IMG/VR virus record: IMGVR_UViG_3300021962_000044
Coordinates: 32,001-96,000 of that record
Length of the DNA stretch: 64,000 nt
Strand: one strand, 5' to 3'
Source: a virus
The notes under the pieces are model-generated. The model made no database searches and had not been told where the DNA came from. It saw nothing but the letters and a program-made list of their open reading frames with translations. The translations under genes were made by a program, and so were the position numbers. Of this stretch, positions 1 through 10,688 are shown in pieces (the stretch's first letter is position 1; each line of letters opens with the position of its first letter).

Positions 1-321
1 TCGTTTCCAGGTAACTTCTTTCTTTTTAACCACTTCCACACAGTTAAGACAGATACTACGTAGATTAGATAGTTCAGCGTTATCTAAATTACCATCAATG
101 TGAAAGACTGTAATTTGACTTGTAAATAAACTTTTGAAGCCGCATAAGTCACATGCGGTTTTTTTCTTATAACCTTTAGTTTTCCATTTAGGGGCACGTG
201 GTTTAAGTTTATTTTTCTTTCTCCCACACTCATCACACATACTTCTATAGTGTGTTATTCCTGCACGATTGTAGTTAACAGCGCAGTGATTCTTTCCACA
301 AGTATTGCATACAGGTCTCAT
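1..321 (-). CDS. Zn-finger/HNH-like protein, 3' end runs off the window
   Basis: Not in the ORF track. Manual translation from ATG 321: MRPVCNTCGKNHCAVNY..CDECG..CDLCGF..VFHIDGNLDNAELSNLRSICLNC. CxxC pairs plus an H-I-D-G-N..N..NL HNH pattern; TAAATA 4 nt upstream. Confidence 0.7.
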   Translation of the reverse strand, partial: MRPVCNTCGKNHCAVNYNRAGITHYRSMCDECGRKKNKLKPRAPKWKTKGYKKKTACDLCGFKSLFTSQITVFHIDGNLDNAELSNLRSICLNCVEVVKKKEVTWKR

Positions 322-380
322 AATGTATTTATGCCCAGAACCTTCGAAGGTACGGTAAGTAAGCCTTTTTATAGGTATTT

Positions 381-388
381 GATAAATA
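381..388 (+). promoter_or_regulatory. T4-like late promoter motif GATAAATA (representative of 15 or more intergenic copies)
   Basis: TAAATA also at about 4058, 6732, 7226, 10663, 16532, 17584, 22419, 28429, 30927, 31983, 33714, 40089, 42375, 54289, 56599; on the minus strand at 326-331 and 40070-40075; T4 late consensus is TATAAATA. Confidence 0.75.
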
Positions 389-441
389 TTAATATGCAAA
401 CAGGTAGTAAACCTTAAAATTTTACATAAAGGAAATATAAA

Positions 442-3400
442 ATGGCATTAACATCTCCAGGCGTAGAAGTAACGATCATTGACCAGAGTCAATATCTTCC
501 AGCCCCAACGAATTCAGTCCCACTTATTCTATTAGCAACAGCACAAAACAAAGCTGATGCATCCGGAACAGGTGTAGCAGCCGCAACTACAGCGGCTAAC
601 GCAAATAAACTGTTCCAAGTAACAAGTCAACGAGATTTGGTAAACTTGTATGGTACACCATTTTTCTATACAACGACAAATGGAACACCAATTCAGGGTT
701 ATGAATTAAATGAATATGGTTTATTAGCAGCCTATTCAACATTAGGTGTAACAAATCGTTGTTATGTTTTACGTGCTGATATTGATTTAGCTAGCTTAGT
801 AGGTCAAACAGGTCGTCCAACAGGCAATCCAGATTCTGGTACATATTGGTTAGATACTACTACAAGTACATGGGGTATATATGAGTTTAATCAAACCACT
901 GGTCAATTCACATTACAAAATCCAATTGTTATCACAAATGCAACTGATTTAACTGCAGGTGTACCTAATAGTAGTATTGGTAATATCGGTGATTATGCAG
1001 TAGATGCTATTCAAATTACTAGTGTACCTACCGGAAGTGAAAGAACTTATTGGTATAAAACAACTGCTAATGTTTGGGTAAAATTAGGTACTGATGGTTG
1101 GAGGTTAGACACACCTGCAGTGCAGGCTACCGAATCTAATCCATCTTTAACAGCGGGCAATACATTTACAATTAATTTGTCGGGTATAGCAGGTGTAACA
1201 GCAACTATTACAGTTCCTGTAGCACCTAACAATAATGTAGCAGGAGTTGCTACCGCAATTAATTCTTTAGATTGGCCACAATTAACAGCAGAAGTTCGTA
1301 GTGGTAAGTTATGTTTATTCAGTAGTCAACATATTGTTTCAGGTACACAAAGTCTTGATATAGCTAACGGTGCTGGCACTGCATTGACTGACATGGGATT
1401 AGTGGCAGGCTCATATAATCAACCAGTAATTGCATATGGTACAAGTGCTCAAATGCCATTATGGGGAAGCAATCAATCAACACCTAGACCAACTGGTTCA
1501 GTCTGGTTAAAAGTTGGTTCTGCTGGTACTGGTTTAAATCCAGTACTATCAGTGTTCAATGGTGCCACCCAATCATTCCAAACTAAAAATGTATCTTTAG
1601 CTACATCAGATTGGACAGCAACAAGTAATTTAGATGCTACCGGTGGTCAAGCTATTCCTGCAGGTAGTATATATGCTCAGTATTCATTCAATACACAGGC
1701 ATCATCTGCCCCTGTTTATATGTGGGAAAGAATTGCTACTGGTCCAACTGTAATTACCGGTTCTAATACGGCTCCAAACTTTACTAGTGGTCCATATTAT
1801 ATGTTAGTATATGTAAGTATTCCCGGAAGCACATCATTAAGTTCTGGATATCAGTTTACATTAGCAGACAACACAGATGCTACAGATTTTGTAACAGCCT
1901 GGGCAGCAGCTAATATACCATATACAACTGCAAGTGTAACAACAGACGGTTCTATACAATTGACACATACTGAAGGTGGTGAAATTATTTTAAGTGATTA
2001 TTTTAATTCATCTTTTACTAATATTAATGTATCTAATGGGTTAATAGAAGATGCTGGATTTATCATTGGTACAACTGGTAGTGTAAAGACTGGCATTTCT
2101 AACAGTGCATCATTTATTGTATCTCAAACATCAACTAGTGGAGTAGGATCAGGTGCTACATTTGCTGTTAATACATTTTTAAATATTTATGTAGTAAATG
2201 GTGATGGTGTTAGTGGTGCAGGTGGCAGTGGTTATGCAGTAGGTGACACCGTTACTATCGCAGGTACTAGTTTAGGTGGAACAACACCAGCAAATGATTT
2301 AGTTCTTGAAATTACATCAGTATCTGCTGGTGCGGCAACATCTTGTACATATATATCAGGTCAACCCCCATCACACTTTACTACACAATTAAGTAATTGG
2401 GTAGAATTTACATACACTGCTAATGAAGGTGCTCCTGCAGTTGCTCCTGCTAATGATACAAACTGGTTCTACAGTGTAGTTGACCAAGTTGATATTATGA
2501 TTAACTTCTCGGGTCAATGGTATGGTTATGGTAATAGAGATTACGATAGTAATGGTTTCCCACTACCAAGTGGCACTAACGTAACTGATCCAAATGGACC
2601 ATTAATTAGTGCTACATCTCCTGCAGTACAAAGTGATGGTACTCCACTAGAATATGGTGACATATGGATTGACACTAGTGATTTAGAAAATTATCCAATA
2701 ATCAGCCGTTGGCAGAGTGTTAGTGGTACTGATCAGTGGGTGTTAATAAATAACACAGACCAAACAAGTAGCACGGGTGTAGTTTTTGCTGATGCTCGTT
2801 GGTCTAGTGATCAGGATACAATAAGTCCAGTAGATGATCCTATCCCAACAATTGTTAGTTTGTTAACTAGCAATAATTTAGATTTAGATGCTCCAGATCC
2901 AACATTGTATCCATCAGGTATGTTGTTGTTTAATACACGCCGTAGTGGTTATAACGTAAAACAATATAGATCAAACTATTTTAATGGTACAGATTTCCCA
3001 GATGAAACATTGCCAACATATACTGATACTTGGGTAACAGTAAGTGGCAATCAGACAAATGGTGCACCATATATGGGTCGTAAAGCACAACGTGCAATGG
3101 TTGTACAATCATTGAATGCGGCAATTGCTACAAATACAGCAATACGTGATGAAGATAACTTCTTTAACTTGCTAGCAACACCTAATTATCCAGAACTACA
3201 GCCTGGTATGATTACATTGAATAATGACCGTGGTCAAACTGGTTATATTCTAGGTGATACCCCAATGAGATTACCGGATGATGCTACTGCAATTCAAGCA
3301 TGGGCTAATAACGAAGCTGGTGCAGCAAGTACAGGTGAAGAAGGTCTTGTAAATCGTGATACGTATATGGGTCTATTCTATCCTAGTGGATTGGCAACAG

Positions 3401-4017
3401 ACTTATCAGGTAATCAAGTAGCAGTACCGGCATCATATATGATGTTACGTACATTCTTACGTAATGATACTATTAGCTATCCGTGGTTAGCGGCAGCAGG
3501 TACTCGTCGTGGTACAATTGACAATGCATTAAGTATTGGTTATGTTGATAGTACTACTGGTGAATTTATGCCAATTAAAACACGTTTAGGTATACGTGAT
3601 GTATTGTATATTAACTTCATTAATCCTCTAGTATTCTTTACTGGTGTTGGTTTATTGAATTACGGTAACAAAACAAGCTTTAATAGTTCAAGTGCATTAG
3701 ATAGAACTAACGTTGCTCGTTTAATTGCTTACATACGTAGACAATTAACATTGGCAGCAAGACCGTTCGTATTTGAACCTAATGATGCATTGACACGTAA
3801 TCAAATTGCAGGTGTTGTACAAACATTGATGGTTGATTTAGTTGCAAAACGCGGTCTATATGATTATCTTGTAGTTTGTGACGAAAGTAACAATACTCCA
3901 GCAAGAATCGATAGAAATGAATTGTGGATTGATGTTGCAGTTGAGCCAGTTAAGGCAGCTGAATTCATCTATATCCCAGTTCGTATATTGAACACAGGCG
4001 AGCTTGGTGGACAATAA
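442..4017 (+). CDS. contractile tail sheath protein (T4 gp18-like) with large central insertions
   Basis: N-terminal MALTSPGVEVTIID; C-terminal PWLAAAGTRRG, INP, NVARL, FEPND..TR, VVCDESNNTPARIDRNEL..EFIYIP sheath motifs; SD AAGGA. Confidence 0.95.
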   Translation: MALTSPGVEVTIIDQSQYLPAPTNSVPLILLATAQNKADASGTGVAAATTAANANKLFQVTSQRDLVNLYGTPFFYTTTNGTPIQGYELNEYGLLAAYSTLGVTNRCYVLRADIDLASLVGQTGRPTGNPDSGTYWLDTTTSTWGIYEFNQTTGQFTLQNPIVITNATDLTAGVPNSSIGNIGDYAVDAIQITSVPTGSERTYWYKTTANVWVKLGTDGWRLDTPAVQATESNPSLTAGNTFTINLSGIAGVTATITVPVAPNNNVAGVATAINSLDWPQLTAEVRSGKLCLFSSQHIVSGTQSLDIANGAGTALTDMGLVAGSYNQPVIAYGTSAQMPLWGSNQSTPRPTGSVWLKVGSAGTGLNPVLSVFNGATQSFQTKNVSLATSDWTATSNLDATGGQAIPAGSIYAQYSFNTQASSAPVYMWERIATGPTVITGSNTAPNFTSGPYYMLVYVSIPGSTSLSSGYQFTLADNTDATDFVTAWAAANIPYTTASVTTDGSIQLTHTEGGEIILSDYFNSSFTNINVSNGLIEDAGFIIGTTGSVKTGISNSASFIVSQTSTSGVGSGATFAVNTFLNIYVVNGDGVSGAGGSGYAVGDTVTIAGTSLGGTTPANDLVLEITSVSAGAATSCTYISGQPPSHFTTQLSNWVEFTYTANEGAPAVAPANDTNWFYSVVDQVDIMINFSGQWYGYGNRDYDSNGFPLPSGTNVTDPNGPLISATSPAVQSDGTPLEYGDIWIDTSDLENYPIISRWQSVSGTDQWVLINNTDQTSSTGVVFADARWSSDQDTISPVDDPIPTIVSLLTSNNLDLDAPDPTLYPSGMLLFNTRRSGYNVKQYRSNYFNGTDFPDETLPTYTDTWVTVSGNQTNGAPYMGRKAQRAMVVQSLNAAIATNTAIRDEDNFFNLLATPNYPELQPGMITLNNDRGQTGYILGDTPMRLPDDATAIQAWANNEAGAASTGEEGLVNRDTYMGLFYPSGLATDLSGNQVAVPASYMMLRTFLRNDTISYPWLAAAGTRRGTIDNALSIGYVDSTTGEFMPIKTRLGIRDVLYINFINPLVFFTGVGLLNYGNKTSFNSSSALDRTNVARLIAYIRRQLTLAARPFVFEPNDALTRNQIAGVVQTLMVDLVAKRGLYDYLVVCDESNNTPARIDRNELWIDVAVEPVKAAEFIYIPVRILNTGELGGQ

Positions 4018-4025
4018 TAAAATAT

Positions 4026-4050
4026 GATACCCCGAAAGGGGTATCTATTT
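4026..4050 (+). terminator. intrinsic terminator-like hairpin
   Basis: GATACCCC-GAAA-GGGGTATC right after the sheath stop; short T tail. Confidence 0.65.
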
Positions 4051-4082
4051 AAATAGATAAATATTAATAACAGGAGAAAAAA

Positions 4083-4718
4083 ATGGCAATAGCCTCACAA
4101 TCATTGTTTAACATGACCGTAGCATCTGATAATGCTGGCGGAAATCAGGGCTTGCTAATGCCCAAACTACAATATCGTTTTAGAGTTAATTTTCTTAACT
4201 TTGGTACGAGTGCATCTACAAATGAATTAACTAAGCAAGTTATTGACGTAACACGCCCTTCAGTTAGTTTTGGTGAGATTACTATACCAGTTTATAACTC
4301 TACTATGTATTTGGCAGGACGTCACGAATGGCAACCTATGACAATCAACGTTAGAGATGACGCTACCGGTAGTGTTTCAAAATTGGTTGGTCAACAATTA
4401 CAGAAACAAATGGACTTTGTTGAACAAGCATCTGCGGCTACTGGTCAAGATTATAAGTTCCAAACAAACATTGAAATCTTAGATGGTGGTAACGGTACTG
4501 CTGCTCCTGTGGTATTAGAAACATGGGAAGTATATGGATGTTTCTTACAAGGTGCTAATTACAATAATTTAGCATACAGTTCTAATGAAGTAGTAACTAT
4601 ACAGATGGCAATTCGTTTTGACAATGCAGTTCAATCACCATTGACTTCAGGTGTTGGCACAAGTGTTGGACGTGCTTTTGGTGGACAATCAACTACTGGT
4701 ATTGGTTCTACAACTTAA
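4083..4718 (+). CDS. tail tube protein (T4 gp19-like)
   Basis: Follows sheath; 211 aa; RFRV..P..AGR..W..MTI..DD and WEVYGCF..L.Y pattern of tube proteins. Confidence 0.88.
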   Translation: MAIASQSLFNMTVASDNAGGNQGLLMPKLQYRFRVNFLNFGTSASTNELTKQVIDVTRPSVSFGEITIPVYNSTMYLAGRHEWQPMTINVRDDATGSVSKLVGQQLQKQMDFVEQASAATGQDYKFQTNIEILDGGNGTAAPVVLETWEVYGCFLQGANYNNLAYSSNEVVTIQMAIRFDNAVQSPLTSGVGTSVGRAFGGQSTTGIGSTT

Positions 4719-4736
4719 TATATTTTAATATATTAA

Positions 4737-5927
4737 ATGTCTGGATTCTTTCAAAACTTACTAACAGACGCTGCCGGAGGATTCTTCGGCAACGACTACC
4801 TTCGTGATTATACTCACGCTAGTAAAACATTCAGACCTAATGCATATCAATATGCACCTAAATTTAAATTCCTATTCCATGTGTATTTTGAAATCAATCA
4901 AAGTGCATATGCAGTAGGATTACCTCAAGGTGCAAACTTTGGCTTAGCTGTTAAATCTATTAAATTGCCTAGCTACTCATTTGATACACATACAATGAAT
5001 CAATACAATCGTAAACGTATTGTACAAACAAAAATTAAATATGATCCTATAGATATTAACTTCCATGATGACAATGGTAATTTAATTCGTAATATGTGGT
5101 ATAATTACTATACATATTATTATAAAGATGCAAGTATTCCAGTAGCATCGGTATCAGGAAGACAAGCACAACAAACAGGTAATGGTAGTACTAATAGTCC
5201 CAATAATACAAATTATAATTTAAGAAATATCTATTCACAATCTATTACAGGTGATACTAATTGGGGCTATGTAGGAGAAACACCTGATAGTCCTGCTACT
5301 AATATACAAGCTAGTAATGGACAAACTAAAATTCCATTTTTTAAGAACGTTACAATATTTGGATTTAATCAACATAATTATGTAGCATATACCTTAATTA
5401 ATCCTATCATTAATAGATTTACACATGATACCTACGATTATTCACAGGGTAATGGTACAATGACAAATACAATGACATTAGATTATGAAACTGTTAAATA
5501 TTTCCAAGGTGCTATTAATGGTAAAGAACCTAGCAATATTGTTGCTGGATTTGGACTAGAGACTAATTATGATAGAGTACCTAGTCCTATTACAAGACCG
5601 GGAAGTCAGGCTAGTATATTAGGTCAAGGTGGTTTAGTAGACGGAGTTAATGGCGTCATTAACGATTTGTCCGGAGAAAACACAAATGTATTAGGAGCTA
5701 TACAAAAAGCAGGTGCTACTTATAATACTCTTAAAAATATGAATTTAAAACAAGCAATTAAGAGTGAAGTAACAACTGGAATCACTAATGCTATTATGAA
5801 TCCTTTAAATAATACTGGAAGAAATGTATTATTTAATTTACCTATATTTGGTAATACACCAAATCAATCTAAACAAGCAAATGGTAGAGCCGTAGTTCCT
5901 CCTAATATAAATAGTACAGGAGGATAA
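4737..5927 (+). CDS. tail-tube-like / baseplate-tube junction protein
   Basis: VKSIKLPSYSFDTHTMNQYNRK..YDPIDINFHDD and a final LDYE strand resemble the tube fold; position in tail module. Confidence 0.6.
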   Translation: MSGFFQNLLTDAAGGFFGNDYLRDYTHASKTFRPNAYQYAPKFKFLFHVYFEINQSAYAVGLPQGANFGLAVKSIKLPSYSFDTHTMNQYNRKRIVQTKIKYDPIDINFHDDNGNLIRNMWYNYYTYYYKDASIPVASVSGRQAQQTGNGSTNSPNNTNYNLRNIYSQSITGDTNWGYVGETPDSPATNIQASNGQTKIPFFKNVTIFGFNQHNYVAYTLINPIINRFTHDTYDYSQGNGTMTNTMTLDYETVKYFQGAINGKEPSNIVAGFGLETNYDRVPSPITRPGSQASILGQGGLVDGVNGVINDLSGENTNVLGAIQKAGATYNTLKNMNLKQAIKSEVTTGITNAIMNPLNNTGRNVLFNLPIFGNTPNQSKQANGRAVVPPNINSTGG

Positions 5928-5930
5928 CTC

Positions 5931-6290
5931 ATGGCACGAATTATAGATGACCGCACGTCAACTGATTTAACAGTTAAAATATTTGATGATTTCTATTCAT
6001 TTAATATGGTAGTTAACGGTAATGAATTTGATATTGTTAATGGATATTTTAAAACAGTATGCGCTACTAGAGCTATCGCAGGTAATTTTACTGCATTTTT
6101 ATTTAGAATATCACAAGAAACAGGAATTCCTGTATTAGATTTGTTGGGCCAAATTCAAGGTACTAACAAATTGCAAATGAATCAGGTTATATCATACTAC
6201 TTAAACAGTTTTAAATCTAAAACTAGTTTATACGGTGTCAGTACAATACCTCAACCAACTCAACCTGTAGCACGTAACATCGTGCAATAA
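5931..6290 (+). CDS. hypothetical protein (tail module)
   Basis: ORF with SD AGGA, tightly packed. Confidence 0.6.
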   Translation: MARIIDDRTSTDLTVKIFDDFYSFNMVVNGNEFDIVNGYFKTVCATRAIAGNFTAFLFRISQETGIPVLDLLGQIQGTNKLQMNQVISYYLNSFKSKTSLYGVSTIPQPTQPVARNIVQ

Positions 6291-6292
6291 TC

Positions 6293-6730
6293 ATGGCAAA
6301 GTTTGCTCAAGGTATATTCACTCCAAAAAATGTTCAAAAATATGTAGGTAAACATACACCTAGATATCGTAGTGGATGGGAACTCACATTTATGATGTTC
6401 CTGGATTCTAATTCGAGCATAATTCAATGGGCAAGTGAATCTATTAGAATTCCATATAGAAACCCCTTAACCGGAAAAGCTAGCACATATGTTCCGGATT
6501 TTTTAGTTTTATATGAAAATAAGTATAAGAAGCAAATAGCTGAACTTGTTGAAATCAAACCAAAAAAACAATCACTAATTGAAAGCAGAACAGCTAGTGC
6601 TAGAGACCAAGCTATTGTGGCAGTCAACCACGCTAAATGGGCATCCGCACGTGCATGGTGTTCACAAAATGGTTTAACTTTTAGAGTAATTAATGAAAAT
6701 GACCTTTTCTATAATGGGCGAAGCAAGTAA
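6293..6730 (+). CDS. head completion nuclease (T4 gp4-like, TnsA-type PD-(D/E)xK fold)
   Basis: KYVG..YRSGWE..WASE..IPY..YVPDF..EIKP..N.AKW..A..F.VI.E. Confidence 0.85.
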   Translation: MAKFAQGIFTPKNVQKYVGKHTPRYRSGWELTFMMFLDSNSSIIQWASESIRIPYRNPLTGKASTYVPDFLVLYENKYKKQIAELVEIKPKKQSLIESRTASARDQAIVAVNHAKWASARAWCSQNGLTFRVINENDLFYNGRSK

Positions 6731-6742
6731 CTAAATACTTGT

Positions 6743-7225
6743 ATGACAAAAAAATTAACCGAATTGTTTGAATTACCACAAGATGAAATTGACAGCTTGC
6801 ATATTCCTATTCCAGAAAATGCACATGAGATAACCACTGATGCATTAAGTGCGTTAGAAAAGATTGACCAAGCATTGCCACAAGTACGTGGATTAGATGC
6901 AAGTGACGGAGAACTAGATGAACTAGCACAAATGGCAGTAGATAGTTTTAAAGATTTAAGTGATTTGGGTATGCAAGTAGATAGTAGATTTAGTAGCGAA
7001 ATTTTTAGTGTTGCAAGTAATATGTTAGGCCATGCTATTACAGCTAAGACTGCAAAGCTTAATAAAAAGTTAAAAATGATTGATTTACAGCTTAAAAAAG
7101 CACAGTTGGATCAAAAATTAGCTAGCAAATCCGAAGAGATAGAGAATACTCCTGTCGGTGAAGGCAAAGCTTTAGACCGTAACGAGTTGTTAAAGATGTT
7201 GGCTACTAAAACAAATGAACAATGA
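6743..7225 (+). CDS. hypothetical helical/coiled-coil protein
   Basis: 160-aa ORF behind a TAAATA motif; no recognised family. Confidence 0.6.
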   Translation: MTKKLTELFELPQDEIDSLHIPIPENAHEITTDALSALEKIDQALPQVRGLDASDGELDELAQMAVDSFKDLSDLGMQVDSRFSSEIFSVASNMLGHAITAKTAKLNKKLKMIDLQLKKAQLDQKLASKSEEIENTPVGEGKALDRNELLKMLATKTNEQ

Positions 7226-7251
7226 TAAATACATAATACAGGAATAATGAA

Positions 7252-7881
7252 ATGAAAAGCCTAAAAACATACATAACCGAAAGTCTTAAGAGTTACAACT
7301 ATACTATAAAGATTGCTGGTGACGTTGATAAAAACTTTATAGATATGTTTAAGTACAATCTAAACAAGTTTGATCCTATACGAATCAGTGATCCAACTAA
7401 GACACCTATACAAAAAGATCCATATGGATTTCCTAATTTGAGTAATCAATCTGTAACTATTATTAAGGCAGACTTTAGATATCCAGCTACTGAACCAATG
7501 ATTCAACAAATTGCTCAATTATTGGGCTATAATGTTAATATGGTTCGTGTTATTACTACTGATTTTGATGATAGTATTAACAGTGAAGCTGAAGGTTATG
7601 CTAATGAAATGAAAGATAGTCCAATACTTACACATGAAGAAATGGGTGAGCAACCTGGTGCTAAAGAAGCAAATAAAGCATATGGTGATAGTTATTTAAC
7701 TAGCATCAAAGATCAAATGAAGGGTTCAACTATTGATATCCCTTATGCAGGACAAAAAACACCAAATTCGTTTGATCCATTCAAACCATATTTAGATGAT
7801 GAAAAAATGGGCGATAAGAGTCCAATGAGTACAATTAAACGTCCACCAAAGCCGGCAACTGGCGCCAGCGTATCAAAATAA
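7252..7881 (+). CDS. hypothetical protein, probable head-associated (leader MKSLKTYITE)
   Basis: Late-promoter motif upstream; N-terminus resembles the T4 capsid-targeting sequence. Confidence 0.55.
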   Translation: MKSLKTYITESLKSYNYTIKIAGDVDKNFIDMFKYNLNKFDPIRISDPTKTPIQKDPYGFPNLSNQSVTIIKADFRYPATEPMIQQIAQLLGYNVNMVRVITTDFDDSINSEAEGYANEMKDSPILTHEEMGEQPGAKEANKAYGDSYLTSIKDQMKGSTIDIPYAGQKTPNSFDPFKPYLDDEKMGDKSPMSTIKRPPKPATGASVSK

Positions 7882-7893
7882 AAGGAACATAAC

Positions 7894-10593
7894 ATGGATT
7901 TCAAAAGTTTATTATCACAACTAGACCAGTTGAACGAAGCAAAAGAAAAAACTAAAACTGGACTAAAGCATACTGCTGAACCCGGTGGCTACGGTCGTAA
8001 AGATGACGAAGATGACGAGGGTCATAAAGTTAAATCTACTGCTGTGAAAAAAGGCAAAGGTCGTCCTAAGAAAGACGCAGATGATTCAGGTGAAACTAAA
8101 AAATATGACTTTAGTGCATTTGGTGTTAAGTCTGGTAAAGATGTTAAGTTGCCTAAACATGATAAAAAGAAAACTACAGTAGTTAAAGGTAAATCACAAA
8201 GCCATGCCTCTAATAAAGTAGATGATGGTACTGATCCTGGTGAAGAACCCAAAACAAAGAAAAAAGGTCTAAAAGAATATTTTGATTCACTAGACAAAGC
8301 ATTGAACGAAGCTGAACAGATTCAAATCAAACCAGCAAGTCAAATGCCTAAACAACCTGGACAAACTTCAATGGGTCAAAAGCCAGCAATGCCTGGCCAG
8401 CAACAACAAGTAGCTGGTCAACCACAAAAGAATACACAAGTTATTCAGCAAGGTGATAAAGTTTTAGGTACTGTTGATAATCAAAATTTAGCTAATCAGA
8501 TTAAACAATCTATTGGCAAAGGCGAAATGACTTTGATGCCTGACCAACAAGTAAATGAATTAGATGCCGGCACAGTTGCTAGTTATCAAGATAAAGCCTT
8601 TGACAAGTTTATGGGTGGCGATGATAAACGTGCTCAGGGTTTAGATCGTGCATCTAAAAAACAAGCTGGGGCATTTGGACATGTACCAACTACACAAAAA
8701 GTAAATGAGAAAGATATCGGTAAGCACAACAATGCTACTACAGGCTTTGATGCATTAGTTAAGAAACTAACACCTAAGTATGGTGTAGAGGCAGCTAAAC
8801 GTATTGCTGGTGCACAACTAAAGAAAATTCGTGAAGCCGATCAACCACCAAACGATAGTTTGTTGAGTCCAATGAGTGAAGCACGTGCTAAAGCTGAAAC
8901 AGCAGGTAAGAAAGTTACTAAAGACTTGCCAGGTAATCAAGATAAATTAGATGTAGCAGAACCAAAAGGTAAGCTAGATGCTAAAGATTTCAAAGAATTG
9001 TCTAAGAAAAAGAAAGTGAAAGAAGGTATGGAACACAAATTAAAAGCAGCTCGCCATACAGGTAAAGCACACGCATTATCTAAGCAAGCATACAATTGCA
9101 ATTATGATGATATGGAAGAATCAAGACACTATCATGAAGGCTTCAAAGAAGGTTTAGATGAGTGCTATGGTCAAATGCCAATTCAAGGTTATATCGGTGA
9201 AGCAAATAACGAAGTAGCTGATATGGCTAGTTACGGTGCTCACACACCTACTATGGAAGATGACATGTACGAAATGGATAAAACTTCTTACATGAAGCAA
9301 CAAGCAATCAAGACTCCGGGTAACACCTTTAAGGCATTTGGTCAAACTTTCAAAGACAAGGAAGTACTAGAAAGTCCATTCGCTTTTGAAGCATGGGAAA
9401 AAGAATTGAATTCTATCTTAGAAGGTAAAGATGTTACTGAAGGAATGACTGTTTCTATCAGTAAAGGTCAACAAGGCACTCCTGATTCAGTAAGTGTTTC
9501 AGCACAAGATGCAGAAGCTGACCAATTATTAGGTATAATCAAATCAGCAGGTTTAGGCTTGTTTGGTGGCGATGATGCTGGTCACTCTCACACAGGTCAA
9601 CCAATGACAGTTGATGTTGACGGTGGTGAAGGTCCTCAAGCTAATATTGAAGTAGTTGATGACCATGATGATATGTTATCATTAATTCGTAAAATGACTG
9701 GTCAAGGCCCTGCTCAATCAAACGGTGATTATGAAGAAGAAGGTGGTGAAGAAATGCACGGTCATGATCATGGTCATGAAGAAACATGTGAAAGTTGCGG
9801 TGGAATGATGGAAGAGGGTCATTCATGCGGTGAGGCTGTTGAAGAAAATGAAACGATACCCCAGGCAGAAGAAGAAGTTGCCGAAGAAATCAATCCTAAC
9901 AACAATGATGAAGCTGAAGAAGAACAAACAGATGCCACACGTGATGCCGCATTAGCAACAGCTGCCGGTAAAAACTTTGCTGATACAGATGCTCCACTTG
10001 AAGAAGGTGGTGACGGTGGTGAAGCAAGTGATGCAGGAAACATTGGTGTTGAAGCCGGTGATGCAGAAGAAGAAATGCAAGCTTCTATGAATGAAGAAGA
10101 TGAAGATGAAAAACAGAAGGATGGTTTAGAAGAATCAAGTTTTGCCAATCTGTATAGAAAATTAGCAATGTTATCTGAAGAATCTACTAGTGAGAAAGAT
10201 GACAAAGCAGAAAAAGCCGCTAAAAAAGTCGCTAAAGATATCGAATATGATGAAGATCATAAGGGTAAAGATGACGACAAGGCAGAAGAAGCTGGTAAGA
10301 AAGTCAAAAAAGACATTGAGTATGATGACAAGAAAGATAAAAAAGAGAAGAAAGAAAAGATAGACGAATGGGCCAATGATGCAGGTCCGGGTAAATCTGC
10401 TTCAGATACATCATTTGAAACTGATATGGACTTTATGATGAATGTTATCAGCGGTGGTTTGAACAAGCGTAAATCAACTGGCCAAACAACTATTCCTGTT
10501 ATTGCCAATCAAGTTAATCGCACAGTATCAAACGGAATGACAGGTATCAATGAATCTGTTTCTGATTGGAAAAAACTAGCAGGTCTTAAGTAA
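7894..10593 (+). CDS. highly charged low-complexity protein, probable prohead core/internal protein
   Basis: E/D/K-rich; many (L/V/I/M)xE motifs (LNE, VNE, IRE, MSE, VKE, VTE, INE); repeated KKVxKDIEYD; ends WKKLAGLK. Confidence 0.6.
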   Translation: MDFKSLLSQLDQLNEAKEKTKTGLKHTAEPGGYGRKDDEDDEGHKVKSTAVKKGKGRPKKDADDSGETKKYDFSAFGVKSGKDVKLPKHDKKKTTVVKGKSQSHASNKVDDGTDPGEEPKTKKKGLKEYFDSLDKALNEAEQIQIKPASQMPKQPGQTSMGQKPAMPGQQQQVAGQPQKNTQVIQQGDKVLGTVDNQNLANQIKQSIGKGEMTLMPDQQVNELDAGTVASYQDKAFDKFMGGDDKRAQGLDRASKKQAGAFGHVPTTQKVNEKDIGKHNNATTGFDALVKKLTPKYGVEAAKRIAGAQLKKIREADQPPNDSLLSPMSEARAKAETAGKKVTKDLPGNQDKLDVAEPKGKLDAKDFKELSKKKKVKEGMEHKLKAARHTGKAHALSKQAYNCNYDDMEESRHYHEGFKEGLDECYGQMPIQGYIGEANNEVADMASYGAHTPTMEDDMYEMDKTSYMKQQAIKTPGNTFKAFGQTFKDKEVLESPFAFEAWEKELNSILEGKDVTEGMTVSISKGQQGTPDSVSVSAQDAEADQLLGIIKSAGLGLFGGDDAGHSHTGQPMTVDVDGGEGPQANIEVVDDHDDMLSLIRKMTGQGPAQSNGDYEEEGGEEMHGHDHGHEETCESCGGMMEEGHSCGEAVEENETIPQAEEEVAEEINPNNNDEAEEEQTDATRDAALATAAGKNFADTDAPLEEGGDGGEASDAGNIGVEAGDAEEEMQASMNEEDEDEKQKDGLEESSFANLYRKLAMLSEESTSEKDDKAEKAAKKVAKDIEYDEDHKGKDDDKAEEAGKKVKKDIEYDDKKDKKEKKEKIDEWANDAGPGKSASDTSFETDMDFMMNVISGGLNKRKSTGQTTIPVIANQVNRTVSNGMTGINESVSDWKKLAGLK

Positions 10594-10610
10594 TTAGTTC
10601 TGTGTAAAAG

Positions 10611-10637
10611 TACCCGGCATTAGTCGGGTATTTTTTT
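10611..10637 (+). terminator. intrinsic terminator
   Basis: TACCCGGC-ATTA-GTCGGGTA followed by T7. Confidence 0.8.
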
Positions 10638-10688
10638 GGCTATAGTCTTTATAAAAAAACGATAAATACTAAATAAGGTGATATAGTT

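Noticed and set aside
6293-6730. Tn7-like transposase TnsA
   Set aside because: Same fold as T4 gp4 head-completion nuclease; sits among virion genes with no tnsB/tnsC or terminal repeats.
6743-7225. Small terminase subunit
   Set aside because: Size and helical character fit, but no diagnostic motif and no large terminase in the window; left as hypothetical.
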